Shown here piece after piece: positions 17,313 through 30,129 of a stretch of 64,000 nucleotides of DNA. Source of the stretch: the human T2T-CHM13v2.0 reference genome, Homo sapiens; assembly GCA_009914755.4 (NCBI GenBank), contig CP086569.2, positions 2,048,001-2,112,000 of the forward strand, written 5' to 3'. Every line of letters begins with the position of its first letter. Positions within the stretch are counted from its first letter, which is position 1. The position numbers were made by a program, and so were the translations under genes. The notes under the pieces are model-generated. The model was not told the DNA's origin and did not search any database. It worked only from the letters and a program-made list of their open reading frames with translations.

Positions 17313-17745
17313 TCATAAGAAGAGGAGATGAGGACACAGACACAGACAGAGGAAGGACTCTGTGAGGACACAGGGAGAAGACAGCATCTCCAAGTCCAGG
17401 AGAGAGACCTCAGGAGGAATCAGCCTTGCCCATACCCTGATCTCAGACATCCAGCCTCCAGGACTGTGGGAGAATAAATGTCTTGTTTGTAAGTCATCCA
17501 GCCTATGGTATTCTGTGACAGCAGCCTGAAATAGACTAAGACATTTCATAAGAAGAGATGAGGACACAGACACACACAGAGGAAGGACTCTGTGAGGACA
17601 CAGGGAGAAGACGGCGTCTACAAGCCAGAGAGAAAGCAAGCCTACCGACACGGTGACCTCAGACATGTAGCCTCTACAGCTGTGAGAGAATAAGTATCTT
17701 TTGTTTAAACCACCTGGTCTGTGGATCTCTGTAACACTCGGCAAC
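17313..17745 (+). repeat. Two further tandem copies of the 3' ~225-230 bp of the preceding LTR, giving three head-to-tail copies in total (17089-17312, 17313-17545, 17546-17745)
   Basis: Each copy starts TCATAAGAAGAG(GAG)ATGAGGACACAGACACA(G/C)ACAGAGGAAGGACTCTGTGAGGACACAGGGAGAAGACAG and ends ...GCAGCCTGAAATAGACTAAGACAT. The third copy has diverged at its 3' end. Confidence 0.65.
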
Positions 17746-18442
17746 GCTACAAGACGAATACACGGACCAGAGCATTAGAAGCGCCGCAGGTGGTCTCTGG
17801 CAGTCACGCTTCTGCCATGAGAATCAGCTCTAACCGTCTGTTACCGGGACATAGGGTAACCAGCCAGGAAGGGGTCACCTGGTCTCCTTCCTCCTCTCTC
17901 TCACCTGCACCCAGGTGGGTGCTCCAATGGCAGCTCATGGGGGGAAAGAGAGGGAAAGGCTGGGCCAGAGGCAGCAGAAATCTCCCTTCTGAAAGAGGAA
18001 GATGACCTGAGCTCCTGCCCTGGGCTGAATCCCTGAATCCGGACTCTGTTTTGTGATGAAAGTGATGGCGGTAACCTGGGAGGGGGTGGGTAGGTAGGTT
18101 TCGTGTCCACCTCTGTTTCCATGCAGGAGCTTGGGAGAGGGAGACAGGGAGGGCACAGCACATGGATGACACCCCACGGGCTGTGTGCTTGGCGTGCTGG
18201 ACACGTGTGTCACAGTCTTTCTTGACCTAAAACATGGGTACTTTTATCCACTCATGAGTGTATGATCAATTGACACACACGAGTCACTCACCAACAGCTG
18301 CACAAGGATGCTCCAGAGATAAATCTTCTCTTGCCTTGTGTTTTATTTATTCTTCTCTGTATCTCCCTGATCTGGCCTTTTCAGATTCAGAATCACGTGG
18401 GTTGTTGAGCATTTCCAATTTAAGGGCAATTACTTATTTTAT

Positions 18443-18740
18443 TTTTTTTTTATTGTTTTAGATGGATTCTTGCCGTGTCACCCAGGCTGGAGTGCAGTGG
18501 CATGAGCTCGGCTCACTGCGACCTCCGCCTCCGGGGATCAAGTGATTCTGCTGCCTCAGCCTCCCGAGGAGCTGGGATTACAGGCTTGAGCCACCATGCC
18601 AGGCTAGTTTTTGTATTTTTAGTAGAGAAGGGGTTTCGCCATGTCGGCCACGGTGGTCTCGAACTCCCGACCTCAAGTGATCCACCCGCCTCAGCCTCCC
18701 AAATTGCTGGGATTACAGGCATGAACCACCGTGCCCGGCC
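18443..18740 (-). mobile_element. Alu SINE (minus orientation)
   Basis: TTTTTTTTTTATTGTTTTAGATGGATTCTTGCCGTGTCACCCAGGCTGGAGTGCAGTGGCATGAGCTCGGCTCACTGCGACCTCCGCCTCC...GCTGGGATTACAGGCATGAACCACCGTGCCCGGCC. Confidence 0.9.
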
Positions 18741-18794
18741 TCATTTTTAAAATAATTTTTAATTGTGGAAAAATACACATAACATAAAGTTTAG

Positions 18795-19095
<301 letters not shown>

Positions 19096-19920
19096 TGCAT
19101 TTTTTTTTTTATAATTTTGAATTGTGGAAAAATACACATCACATAAAGTTTAGCATTTTAACCATTTTTACGTACACAGTAAAGTGGTATTAAATACATT
19201 CATATTGTTATGTAGCCATCACTGCCATGCATCTCCAAAATATTTTCATCTTGCCAAATGGAAACTCTGTTCCCATTAAACATTAAGTCCCCACCTTTTC
19301 CTCGCCCAACCCCTATAACTACCCCATTCTACTTTCTGTCTCTAAAAATTTAAAGGTACTCTGTGTACCTCATAGGAGTGGAATCCTACAGTATTTGTCC
19401 TTTGGGGATTGGTTTATTTCACTTAGCATTAATGTCCTCAAGGTTAGCCCACATTGCAGCATGCATCTGAATATCCTTCCTTTTTTATGGCTGCGTAATA
19501 TTCCATCATTTGGATACACCACATTTTGCTTATCCATCTGCCTGTGGAGGGACACAGTTTCTCTCCACCTTTTAGGATTGGATTATTTCACTTAGCATTA
19601 ATGTCCTCAAGGTTAGCCCACATCGCAGCATGCATCTGAATACCCTTCCTTTTTTATGGCTGCGTAATATTCCACCGTTTGGATATACCACATTCTGCTT
19701 ATCCATTTGCTTCTGGAAGGACACAGTTTCTCTCCACCTTCGGGTTATTGTAAGTAATACTGCTGCTGCAAACGTGGTTTGTGCAAATATCTGTTGGAGA
19801 CCCTGTTTCCAATTCTTTGAGGTATATACCCAGCAGTGGAATTCCTGGTGCCATCTGTTCTTACTTTTTATTTCATGGAATGCTGTTTTATTGGGGACCC
19901 AAGAATTTGGCAGGCTCAGT
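19096..19920 (+). mobile_element. Old L1 LINE fragment (L1M/L1P-like, ORF2 C-terminal region), with an internal ~168-bp tandem duplication
   Basis: AATTGTGGAAAAATACACATCACATAAAGTTTAGCATTTTAACCATTTTTACGTACACAGTAAAGTGGTATTAAATACATTCATATTGTTATGTAGCCATCAC...GGAATCCTACAGTATTTGTCC...TTATTTCACTTAGCATTAATGTCCTCAAGGTTAGCCCACATTGCAGCATG...GGCTGCGTAATATTCCATCATTTGGATACACCACATTTTGCTTATCCATC...AATACTGCTGCTGCAAACGTGGTTTGTGCAAATATCTGTTGGAGACCCTGTTTCCAATTCTTTGAGGTATATACCCAGCAGTGGAATTCCTGG parallels old L1 consensus segments. The stretches at 19409-19574 and 19575-19745 are near-identical tandem copies. Confidence 0.6.
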
Positions 19921-20319
19921 CTATCCTCAGGGAGTCAGTGAAGTTCAATAATAAAGAAACTCTCCAGGTCGTCCCTCCTTAAAAGTCAGGTTCCTTCAAG
20001 ACAGAATACAAGTGACCTGCCCTCAGGCAAAAGGGATGCCGGCAACGTTGCACCACTGGTGCAACACCAGTATGCACCAAGGCATAACCCAAGATTTAAG
20101 ACGCAGCCAAGAGCCCTTTCCCAGGAGGAGCCATAGGTAGGAATTCTCAGGCAGGCAGGGGACTGGGGGAAAAAATAAACCCACCTAGGGGTGGAATCCT
20201 GCCAAGTAAGAGAGGAATATAGAAGGCAGCAGACACAGGGGTCACACCCAGAAATGCAAAGGCTGATGTGAAAAGCCTGCCACGAAGCACCCAGCCCATC
20301 TTAAGTGAAATTCAAGAGG

Positions 20320-20607
<288 letters not shown>

Positions 20608-21027
20608 TCAAGAGGGACTGTGAAAAGAGCAGTGATTGCTACACAGTCCAAGGCGATCCATGGGGATGAGTCAGCAATTATGCATCCAACGAAGTGAGGT
20701 TTGCAAGGTGAGGAAGGAGGAGGGAAAACGCTGTCGTTCACCATCCCTCGCCACAGGGAGGCCACAGGCAATGCCAGCAATTCAAACGTGCTGCTTAAAC
20801 AAAGCATCCTGGTCCTTCCTGGGGAAATGGAAATGGGTATGACGGTCAGGGAGGGTGACGCTACCCTCAAGCCCAGCCCTTCACTTCAATGGGATTTAAA
20901 TGCCATGCATGTTACAGTTCAGTTTTATGAAACCTCTGCTTTTATCTAAAGCATATATAATTTCATAAAGTATATGTAAAGCATTTATCATTTTATATAT
21001 GCAGCACATACAATTTTAGGAGGAAAT

Positions 21028-21155
21028 GATGGTGCACGCCTGTAGTCCCAGCTCCTCGAGAGGCTGAGGTGGGAGGATCGCTTGAGTTCCAGAGGCAAAG
21101 CCAGCCCGGACAACACAGCAAGACTCACGTCTCTTAAAAAATAAAATAAAATAAG
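21028..21155 (+). mobile_element. Alu right-arm (FRAM-like) fragment
   Basis: GATGGTGCACGCCTGTAGTCCCAGCTCCTCGAGAGGCTGAGGTGGGAGGATCGCTTGAGTTCCAGAGGCAAAGCCAGCCCGGACAACACAGCAAGACTCACGTCTCTTAAAAAATAAAATAAAATAAG. Confidence 0.6.
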
Positions 21156-21950
21156 TAGGTATATAATTTTATGTATATATTAATTTTATATTTTGTATAC
21201 TGATATATATGTATTATATATTATATGTTACAATGTTTATTTATATTATATATTATGATATATGCTTATTATATATTATATTTATTATATATTATGTGTT
21301 ACATAGTATGATATATATAAAATAATATATACATAAAATTAAACATCCAATAACTATAGTTTATACTTATATATTATAAATTCGTGTTTATTATAAAGTA
21401 TGATATAAAAATATATACTAAATATAAATATATACTATTTATAGAATAGCATAAATATTTAATATAAATTATTTATAATGACATACAAATATAATTTATA
21501 GTTATCATTATATATTTATGTAATATATATTTTATATATACACAAAATGTATTGTGCATATTATATTGTTTTATATATAAATATATAAATAAAATATATC
21601 AAAGTATATCTTGTATATAATTTTATATTACAAATATATGTTAGAAAATATATATACATTACAAAATGTAACATACATATGAATGTGAATTCATATGTAT
21701 ATACATTATAATATAAATTCATATTATGTCATTATGTATTTAATATATACATTGAACATAATACATCATATATAATAATACATTATAATTTAATGTATAT
21801 GCTTTATAATAATAAATATATAGTAAGTATATAAACCTAAAATATTAATATAGATCAAATATATAAATGTGTATACAATAAATATATGAACCTAAAATAT
21901 GAATATATATAAAGTAGATGAATATAACACATAAACAAACTATAAATGTC
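21156..21950. repeat. About 800 bp extremely AT-rich low-complexity block ((TA)n / TATATAA-rich)
   Basis: Nearly pure A/T, with units such as TATATTATATATTATGATATATG. No long perfect microsatellite, but many short TA tracts. Potentially cruciform-forming. Confidence 0.85.
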
Positions 21951-22024
21951 TAGACATTGACCATGTACAAGTGTGCAGTGTGGACAGTGAATGGAAATGT
22001 GAGCATGAAATGTGTGTTGACGCC

Positions 22025-22668
22025 TCCCATCTCCTGTGCACACACAAGACACAGCGACCTCCCCATCTCCTGCGCACACACGACACACAGGGACCTCCCC
22101 ATCTCCTGTGCACACACATGACACACAGGGACCTCCCCATCTCCTGCACACACATGACACACAGGGACCTCCCCGTCTCCTCCGCACACACGACACACAG
22201 GGACCTCCCTGTCTCCGGCGCACACAGGACACCCAGGGACCTCCCCATCTCCTCTGCACACACGACACACAGGGACCTCCCCGTCTCCTGCACACAAGAC
22301 ACCCAGGGACCTCACCATCTCCTGCGCACACAAGACACCCAGGGACCTCCCCATCTCCTCTGCACACACGACACACAGGGACCTCCCCGTCTCCTGCACA
22401 CAAGACACCCAGGGACAGGGACCTCACCGTCTCCTGCGCACACACGACACACAGGGACCTCCCCGTCTCCTCCGCACACACGACACACAGGGACCTCCCT
22501 GTCTCCTGCGCACACACGACACACAGGGACCTCCCCGTCTCCTGCACACACGACACACAGGGACCTCCCCATCTCCTGGGCACACAACACCCAGGGACCT
22601 CCCTGTCTCCTGCACACACGACACACAGTGACCTGCCCGTCTCCTGCGCACACACAACACACAGGGAC
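22025..22668. repeat. GC-rich minisatellite, ~36-38 bp unit (GCACACACGACACACAGGGACCTCCCCGTCTCCT), about 17 copies
   Basis: The head-to-tail units carry small variants (CATCTCC/CGTCTCC; CACGACACAC/CAAGACACCC). The array accounts for the 297-aa and 250-aa minus-strand ORFs and the 256-aa and 221-aa plus-strand ORFs, which have periodic amino-acid composition. Confidence 0.9.
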
Positions 22669-23084
22669 CATTCGGGGTTCAGGGACGCGTGTCCATGGTA
22701 GGACCCCTGGCAATTTTTCTGATTTGCCCGAGCACTCATGAGTTTCATGACTGCTATGATTTTTCACAGAAGCTTGGCTGTGGGCAAGATGGGTTGGCAG
22801 ATGTAGGGGGAACCGGATGGAAGGCTGCTTGTGTCCGGGCTCACTGTCCTGGCGGCTGCAGGTGCCTAGGCCATGAGGACATCTGAGCAGACAGGGCGCC
22901 GGAGGAGAGGGCAGGACAAGAATGGGAGTGCAGACAGCAGGCTCCCTGTGAAGGCCAGTGGGCCCAGCTGAGACCCAGGGAGGGGTATACCTGCCCCACA
23001 GGAGAGACCTGGACTTGGCAGCAGCAGGGAGCTGGGGCAGGAGGGAAATCGGCCCCACCCACATGCTGCAAGCACGTCAGCCAG

Positions 23085-23810
23085 GTCAGAGTTCCAGGTG
23101 AGGACGAGGTTACAGCTACAGGTGATATGATGTCAGAGCTATCGGTGAGGATAGCCGGTTAGAGCTACAGGTGAGGGTAAGAGGTCAGAATGCCAGGTGA
23201 AGATGAGATTACAGCTACAGGTGAGGATGACATCACATTTACACGTGAGGATAACAGGTTAGAGCTACAGATGAGGATAAGAGTTGGAGTTGGGGCCGGG
23301 CACAGTGGCTCACGCCTGTAATCCCAGCACTTTGGGAGGCTGAGGCGGGCAGATCACAAGGTCAAGAGATCGAGACCGTCCTGGCCAACATGGTGAAACC
23401 CCATCTCTACTAAAAATACATAAATTAGATGGGCGTGGTGGCACGTGCCTGTAGTCCCAGCTACTCAGTAGGCTGAGGCGGGAGAATGGCGTGAACCTGG
23501 GAGGCGGAAGTTGCCGTGAGCCGAGATTGTGCCACTGCACTCCAGCCTGGGCAACACAGTGAGACTCCGTCTCATGAAAAAAAAAAAAAAGAGTTGGAGT
23601 TGGAGTTCCAGGTAGTGATGAGAGGTTGGACTTCCAGGTGACAATGAGTGGTCAGCATTACAGGTGATGGAGGGAGGTTGGAGTCCTAGGTGAGGACAAG
23701 TGGTCCGAGTACAGGTGATGGGGAGAGGTTCGAGTCCCAGGTGAGGATCAGTGGTCAGCGTTATAGGTGATGATAAGAGGTTGAAGTTCCAGGTAAAGAT
23801 AAGCCATCAC
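23085..23810. repeat. Minisatellite, ~27-30 bp units (GGTGAGGATAAGAGGTTAGAGCTACAG family), split by an Alu insertion
   Basis: Degenerate CAGGTGAGGA(T/C)(A/G)AG(A/T)GGT(C/T)AGAG(C/T)TACAG units lie on both sides of the Alu at 23294-23590. Confidence 0.75.
23294..23590 (+). mobile_element. Alu SINE (full length) inserted into the minisatellite, with a 13-bp TSD
   Basis: GGCCGGGCACAGTGGCTCACGCCTGTAATCCCAGCACTTTGGGAGGCTGAGGCGGGCAGATCACAAGGTCAAGAGATCGAGACCGTCCTGGCCAACATGGTGAAACCCCATCTCTACTAAAAATACATAAATTAGATGGGCGTGGTGG...followed by poly(A). The TSD GAGTTGGAGTTGG lies at 23281-23293 and 23591-23603. Confidence 0.9.
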
Positions 23811-24619
23811 TGGGGCCAAGGACAGCCCGAGGTCACAGGGCTGGCTCAACCCTGATTCCTCCAAGACCTGTGTTCTTTCCTGCACCTGTTTCCTTGGAAC
23901 GAGTCTGTTCAGGACTCACACTCACCTGCTGCAGGGAGCTCAGCTCTCCAGCCCACCTGCACTCTCTCCAGAACCCCTCCCTGCCCGTGTGAAGCAGGAG
24001 GGTGTCACAGATCAGCACCCAACACACCTCGGCCACTGGGGCCAGCCAGGGGGTGGAGGGGCCGAGCTACGTAAGTCCCTGCGCGCACCACAAAGGGGGC
24101 TTGTACTGTGTCTAGAAACCTTTCATTTCTGTTTTGAGTTTACTTTCTCACTGGGGTTCCACTCCTGGCAGACCTCCCTTTTTCCCATAGAGAGGCCGCA
24201 CGCAGAATTTCCATGCATCTGGAACCCCGGCTGCTTGGAAACATGTAGCGCCTCCTGTCATGCCCCATCGGTGACCAGAGAGGACTGAGTAAGGGATGTT
24301 CCCGTGACTGCAAGGAAGGCATGGATGGGGGCGTGTCCACCTCCAGCGGAACCCCCAGGGGACTTGGAATTTGGAGGCAGAGTCTGAGGCCAACACTTCA
24401 GAGTGACACACGCATGTTCAGGGTCACCTTACCAGAAGCCATGCATTTCCCTGATGAGCCAGGGGGGTGACTATGTCTCCCCAAGTTCTTGTCCCATGAC
24501 CTGGGGTCAGGACACAGTGTGCTGATGTCACACCATGTCACACAGCTGTAGTATGCCTCTATCAGCAATGCAACTAGATATTCTATTCCTGCCCGATATA
24601 TGTCTCTACTCGTCTCCCG

Positions 24620-25472
<853 letters not shown>

Positions 25473-25473
25473 C

Positions 25474-25604
<131 letters not shown>

Positions 25605-25729
25605 AAAATTGCTCTTAATATTTTAAAGGATACTGCAGAATACAGAGGCATTTGAAGGAATAAAGAGAATGGCTGAAAACAGCTGAAATTCAGCTTCTTT
25701 TTACTATTATTCCATTTTTATTTAGAGAA

Positions 25730-26140
25730 AAGGGTCTTGCTCTGTCGCCCAAGCTAAAGTACAGGGTCGCGATCATGGCTCACCACAGCCTTGACCTCCA
25801 GGCTCAAACGATCCTCCTGCCTCAGCCTCCTGAGTAGCTGAGACTCCAGGCACGCACACCACGCCTGACTAATTTTTTTATTTAGTTGTAGAGACAAGGT
25901 CTTGCCATGTTGCCCAGGCTGGTCTTGAAGTCCTGGGCTCAAGCGATCCTCCTGCCTCTGCCTCCCGAGTAGCTGGGACCACAGTGCACCCCACCAAGCC
26001 AGACTGATTTGTTAATATTTTGTAGAGACGGAGTCTCTCTACGCCACCCTGACTGCTGTCGAACTCCTGGCCTCAAGCAATCTTCTTGCCTCAGCCTCCC
26101 AAAGTGCTGGAATTCCAAGCGTGAGCCACCGGGCCCGACC
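25730..26140 (-). mobile_element. Divergent old Alu (AluJ-like) preceded by a partial Alu arm; about 410 bp of Alu-derived sequence
   Basis: GGGTCTTGCTCTGTCGCCCAAGCTAAAGTACAGGGTCGCGATCATGGCTCACCACAGCCTTGACCTCCAGGCTCAAACGATCCTCCTGCCTCAGCCTCCTGAGTAGCTGAGACTCCAGGCACGCACACCACGCCTGACTAATTTTTTTATTT...GAGACAAGGTCTTGCCATGTTGCCCAGGCTGGTCTTGAAGTCCTGGGCTCAAGCGATCC...CAAAGTGCTGGAATTCCAAGCGTGAGCCACCGGGCCCGACC. Confidence 0.7.
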
Positions 26141-26630
26141 CTGGCATTCACCCCTCTTGAGACACAGTGGGAAAGAAACTGTGAATAGTTATTTTCACAC
26201 GTGCCGCCTGTGCTCTGGTGGGAGAAGAGCAATGAGAACACTCGCCTTGTTTCTCTACCTCGGTTCTCATTCACAGACAAAAAAAAAACAACAGTAACAC
26301 AGCCAGGCAGGGTAGAGATAACTCCCTCCACTGACAGAGACATTTTTTTTTCCCATTTTAACAACACTCATTAATTCTTATCTGTTAAATAGCGCGTAGA
26401 ATTTGTGCCTCTAAACCCACTCGATAATCTTTTGGGTAATTAACTTGTAAAACAACCCCAGTCCTCGTTACGGGCGGGATGGAAAAATGTGAAGTAGCGC
26501 ATTTGCAAAGCAGACCATACACAATTACTTATTAAACATGCCCCAGGTGTGCCGGCAAGTCGGCGGCAAGTGGAAGCCCTCAGCCTTGTCGTCTAATGGA
26601 AGAAGATTAAAAAGTGCCAATATCCTCAGA

Positions 26631-26634
<4 letters not shown>

Positions 26635-26663
<29 letters not shown>
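26635..26663. repeat. (CA)n microsatellite, about 14 units
   Basis: CACACACACACACACACACACACACACA. Confidence 0.9.
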
Positions 26664-26669
<6 letters not shown>

Positions 26670-26760
26670 CATATGCCAACAGGCTGATCTCACACACATA
26701 GATACATATGCCAACAGGCTGATCTCACACACATAGATACATATGCCAACAGGCTGATAT
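26664..26760. repeat. 35-bp tandem repeat, about 2.8 copies (TAGATACATATGCCAACAGGCTGATCTCACACACA)
   Basis: Three near-perfect head-to-tail copies follow the (CA)n tract directly. Confidence 0.85.
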
Positions 26761-27091
26761 ATTCAGGGTCTGGAGAAGGATTACACAAAGAGATGAGTTG
26801 CGGAAGGGGGCTCGCTTGCAGACCCTTGTAGGTGAACAGGGGCAGGGATTAAGGAGCTCATGGTGCTGCAGAAGTATCTCTGAATGGATCAGGGCAACCG
26901 TGCATTCAATAGCAAAATATGTCAGTATGACTCATCTCAGAAACAGCCTTGCTTCCAACTGCAGGCGGTGATTTGGCCAGAGGTGGGCTCCAAGACTTGG
27001 GAAACACTCGTCAGAGCACCTCTAACCTCTACCTAACTCTAGCCCTAACCCTAAATATTAGGGAAATATGAGACTATGAGTTTTCAAAAAA

Positions 27092-27182
27092 TAGCTGGGT
27101 ATGGTGGCTCACTGTGCCTGTCATCCCAGCACTTTGGGAGGCTCAGGTAGGAGGATCGCCTGAGGCTGGGAGTTGGAGACCA
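27092..27182 (+). mobile_element. Alu left-monomer fragment (FLAM-like)
   Basis: TAGCTGGGTATGGTGGCTCACTGTGCCTGTCATCCCAGCACTTTGGGAGGCTCAGGTAGGAGGATCGCCTGAGGCTGGGAGTTGGAGACCAA. Confidence 0.6.
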
Positions 27183-27379
27183 AAACCCAAAGAGGCTGTG
27201 AACCACAACACACCGTCATTTCTGGAAACGCACCGACTATCTGGGAGGCCCATGTGTGGATGTGCTTATTCTTAAGTATTTAAAGGCCCATGGAAAGGCG
27301 CTTTTGCTCTTTAGTGAAAATATATACTGGGCTCTATCGAGCCACGAAAAGACGCAAAGAAACGTTAAATGCATATTCC

Positions 27380-27818
<439 letters not shown>

Positions 27819-28146
27819 CATAGAGATTTGGAAGGTTAAAATTAAACCTTACCACCCTGAGATATGAAGAGCCCTGAAGAGAAGGAACACAGTGAGACCT
27901 GCGAGGACCAATTAAACTTTCAGAGAGTGTGGGACATCTATGCCCACGCATGAGAACACATACGGTGACCTCAAGGAAAAATTACCAACAGGAACGCATG
28001 AGTCTATCTGTTTATCTACGCATATGCCTGTCTACAGCCTGACTCGGGACACTTCTCGAAAACATGAAAGAAACAAAAGGACTCACTATGAAAAGGAAAA
28101 CAGTCAATAAGGGCCATTTTATGTTTAAAAAAAAAAAAAAAACACA

Positions 28147-28827
<681 letters not shown>

Positions 28828-29830
28828 TTAAAACTTCTCGGGAATAAACATAATTAATCGTTGGCGAACACATTCACATAAAGTGCTGTGATTCCAACTT
28901 CAGCACAGACATGATCTCTCAAGGATTCTATGCCCTAAAATCATGTCACAAGAATTCTGTACATTAAAAATGGATACCCAGGGGTGTGGGGAGAATTCCG
29001 TGCCATCAACACTCACATCATCCTTTTTCCAAGTTTCGCAACCTCCTTAACAATCCTTCTACCCAATCCGAAAGTCTACAGGTTGAAGAAAAATTCTAGG
29101 TGTCTTCTTGCCCCAAGATATGTCTGCCTCCTGACTTGGAGTTCTCGCTCTGTTTGATGATGAAGACCAGTAGACACCTACACAGAGACTCTTGCATGTC
29201 ATCATGAATAACATATGTCCCAGTCATGTGTCACAGGTGAGCCTGTAAAACAGGCACTGAGGTAGATTGTCTCGGGAGCCACTGTGTTTCAGGCACTGAA
29301 TCAGAGACTCAGAAGATACCTGTGCACAGAATCCATCTCTGCCCTCACAAAGCTCTGATTTTAGCAGGGACAGGCGATGAGGAGGGTGAGTATTCCCAAA
29401 ACAACAACCCTCATCTCTTGCACGTGGAACGGGTCACAAAGAGCTCTCTTACTGACAACAAGCATTCATCCTACACTTCACTGACTCTTGTATTTTCAAT
29501 CTACTCAATTACGTTGATGACCTGTTATCAACCTTCATCCTGATTTCACAGTATTCTGTTTTCATGATAAATTCAAGTATTTTATAGGTCATTGGATAGG
29601 CCAAAATGATGGTTCACAAAGATCTATTTTCAAAGTAGAAGTGCCTCCCAAGGCGGCGTGCAAAATTTACCTTCTTGACACCCATCAATTACAGAAGGCA
29701 TTGACCAGTGATTTCTTTTATTGAAAACAAACTTGGTCTAATAACTGGGTGGAAGCACATGAACCAAACAGCTAGTCCCTCTTCTGATGAAGACGGCACA
29801 AGCTACTGGAAGAATAATATTTGGGAAGCT

Positions 29831-30129
29831 TTTTTTTTTTTTTTTTTAGATGAAGTTTTTCTCTGTCGCCCAGGCCGGAGTGCAGTGGCATGATCTCGGC
29901 TCACCGCAAACCTCCGCCTCCCGGGTCCAAGCCATTCTCCTGCCTCAGCCTCCTGAGTAGCTGGAATTACAGGCACCCGCCACCATACCTGACTAACATT
30001 TATATTTTTAGTAGAGATGGGGTTTCACCGTGTTGGCCAGGCTGGTTTCAAACTCCTGACCTCAAGCTATCTGCCCGCCTAGGCCTCCCAAAGAGCTGGG
30101 ATGACAGGCGTGAGCCATCGTGCCTAGCC
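29831..30129 (-). mobile_element. Alu SINE (minus orientation)
   Basis: Poly(T) then AGATGAAGTTTTTCTCTGTCGCCCAGGCCGGAGTGCAGTGGCATGATCTCGGCTCACCGCAAACCTCCGCCTCCCGGGTCCAAGCCATTCTCC...AGCTGGGATGACAGGCGTGAGCCATCGTGCCTAGCC. The short TSD GGAAGCT sits at both flanks. Confidence 0.9.

Noticed and set aside
17750-18230. GC-richer unique segment with splice-site-like motifs (CACCCAG|GTGGGTG; TTTCCATGCAG|GAGC) and several 86-122 aa ORFs on the minus strand, a possible exon
   Set aside because: Splice-like hexamers occur by chance at this density. The ORFs are Pro/Ser/Leu-rich low-complexity, overlap each other and have no recognisable domain. Without RNA evidence or conservation I cannot support an exon call.
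21855-23075. 297-aa, 250-aa, 256-aa and 221-aa ORFs with Cys/Arg/Val-rich or Thr/His/Pro-rich periodic sequence
   Set aside because: They are translations of the 37-bp GC-rich minisatellite in different frames and strands. They overlap one another on both strands, which is typical of tandem-repeat artefacts.
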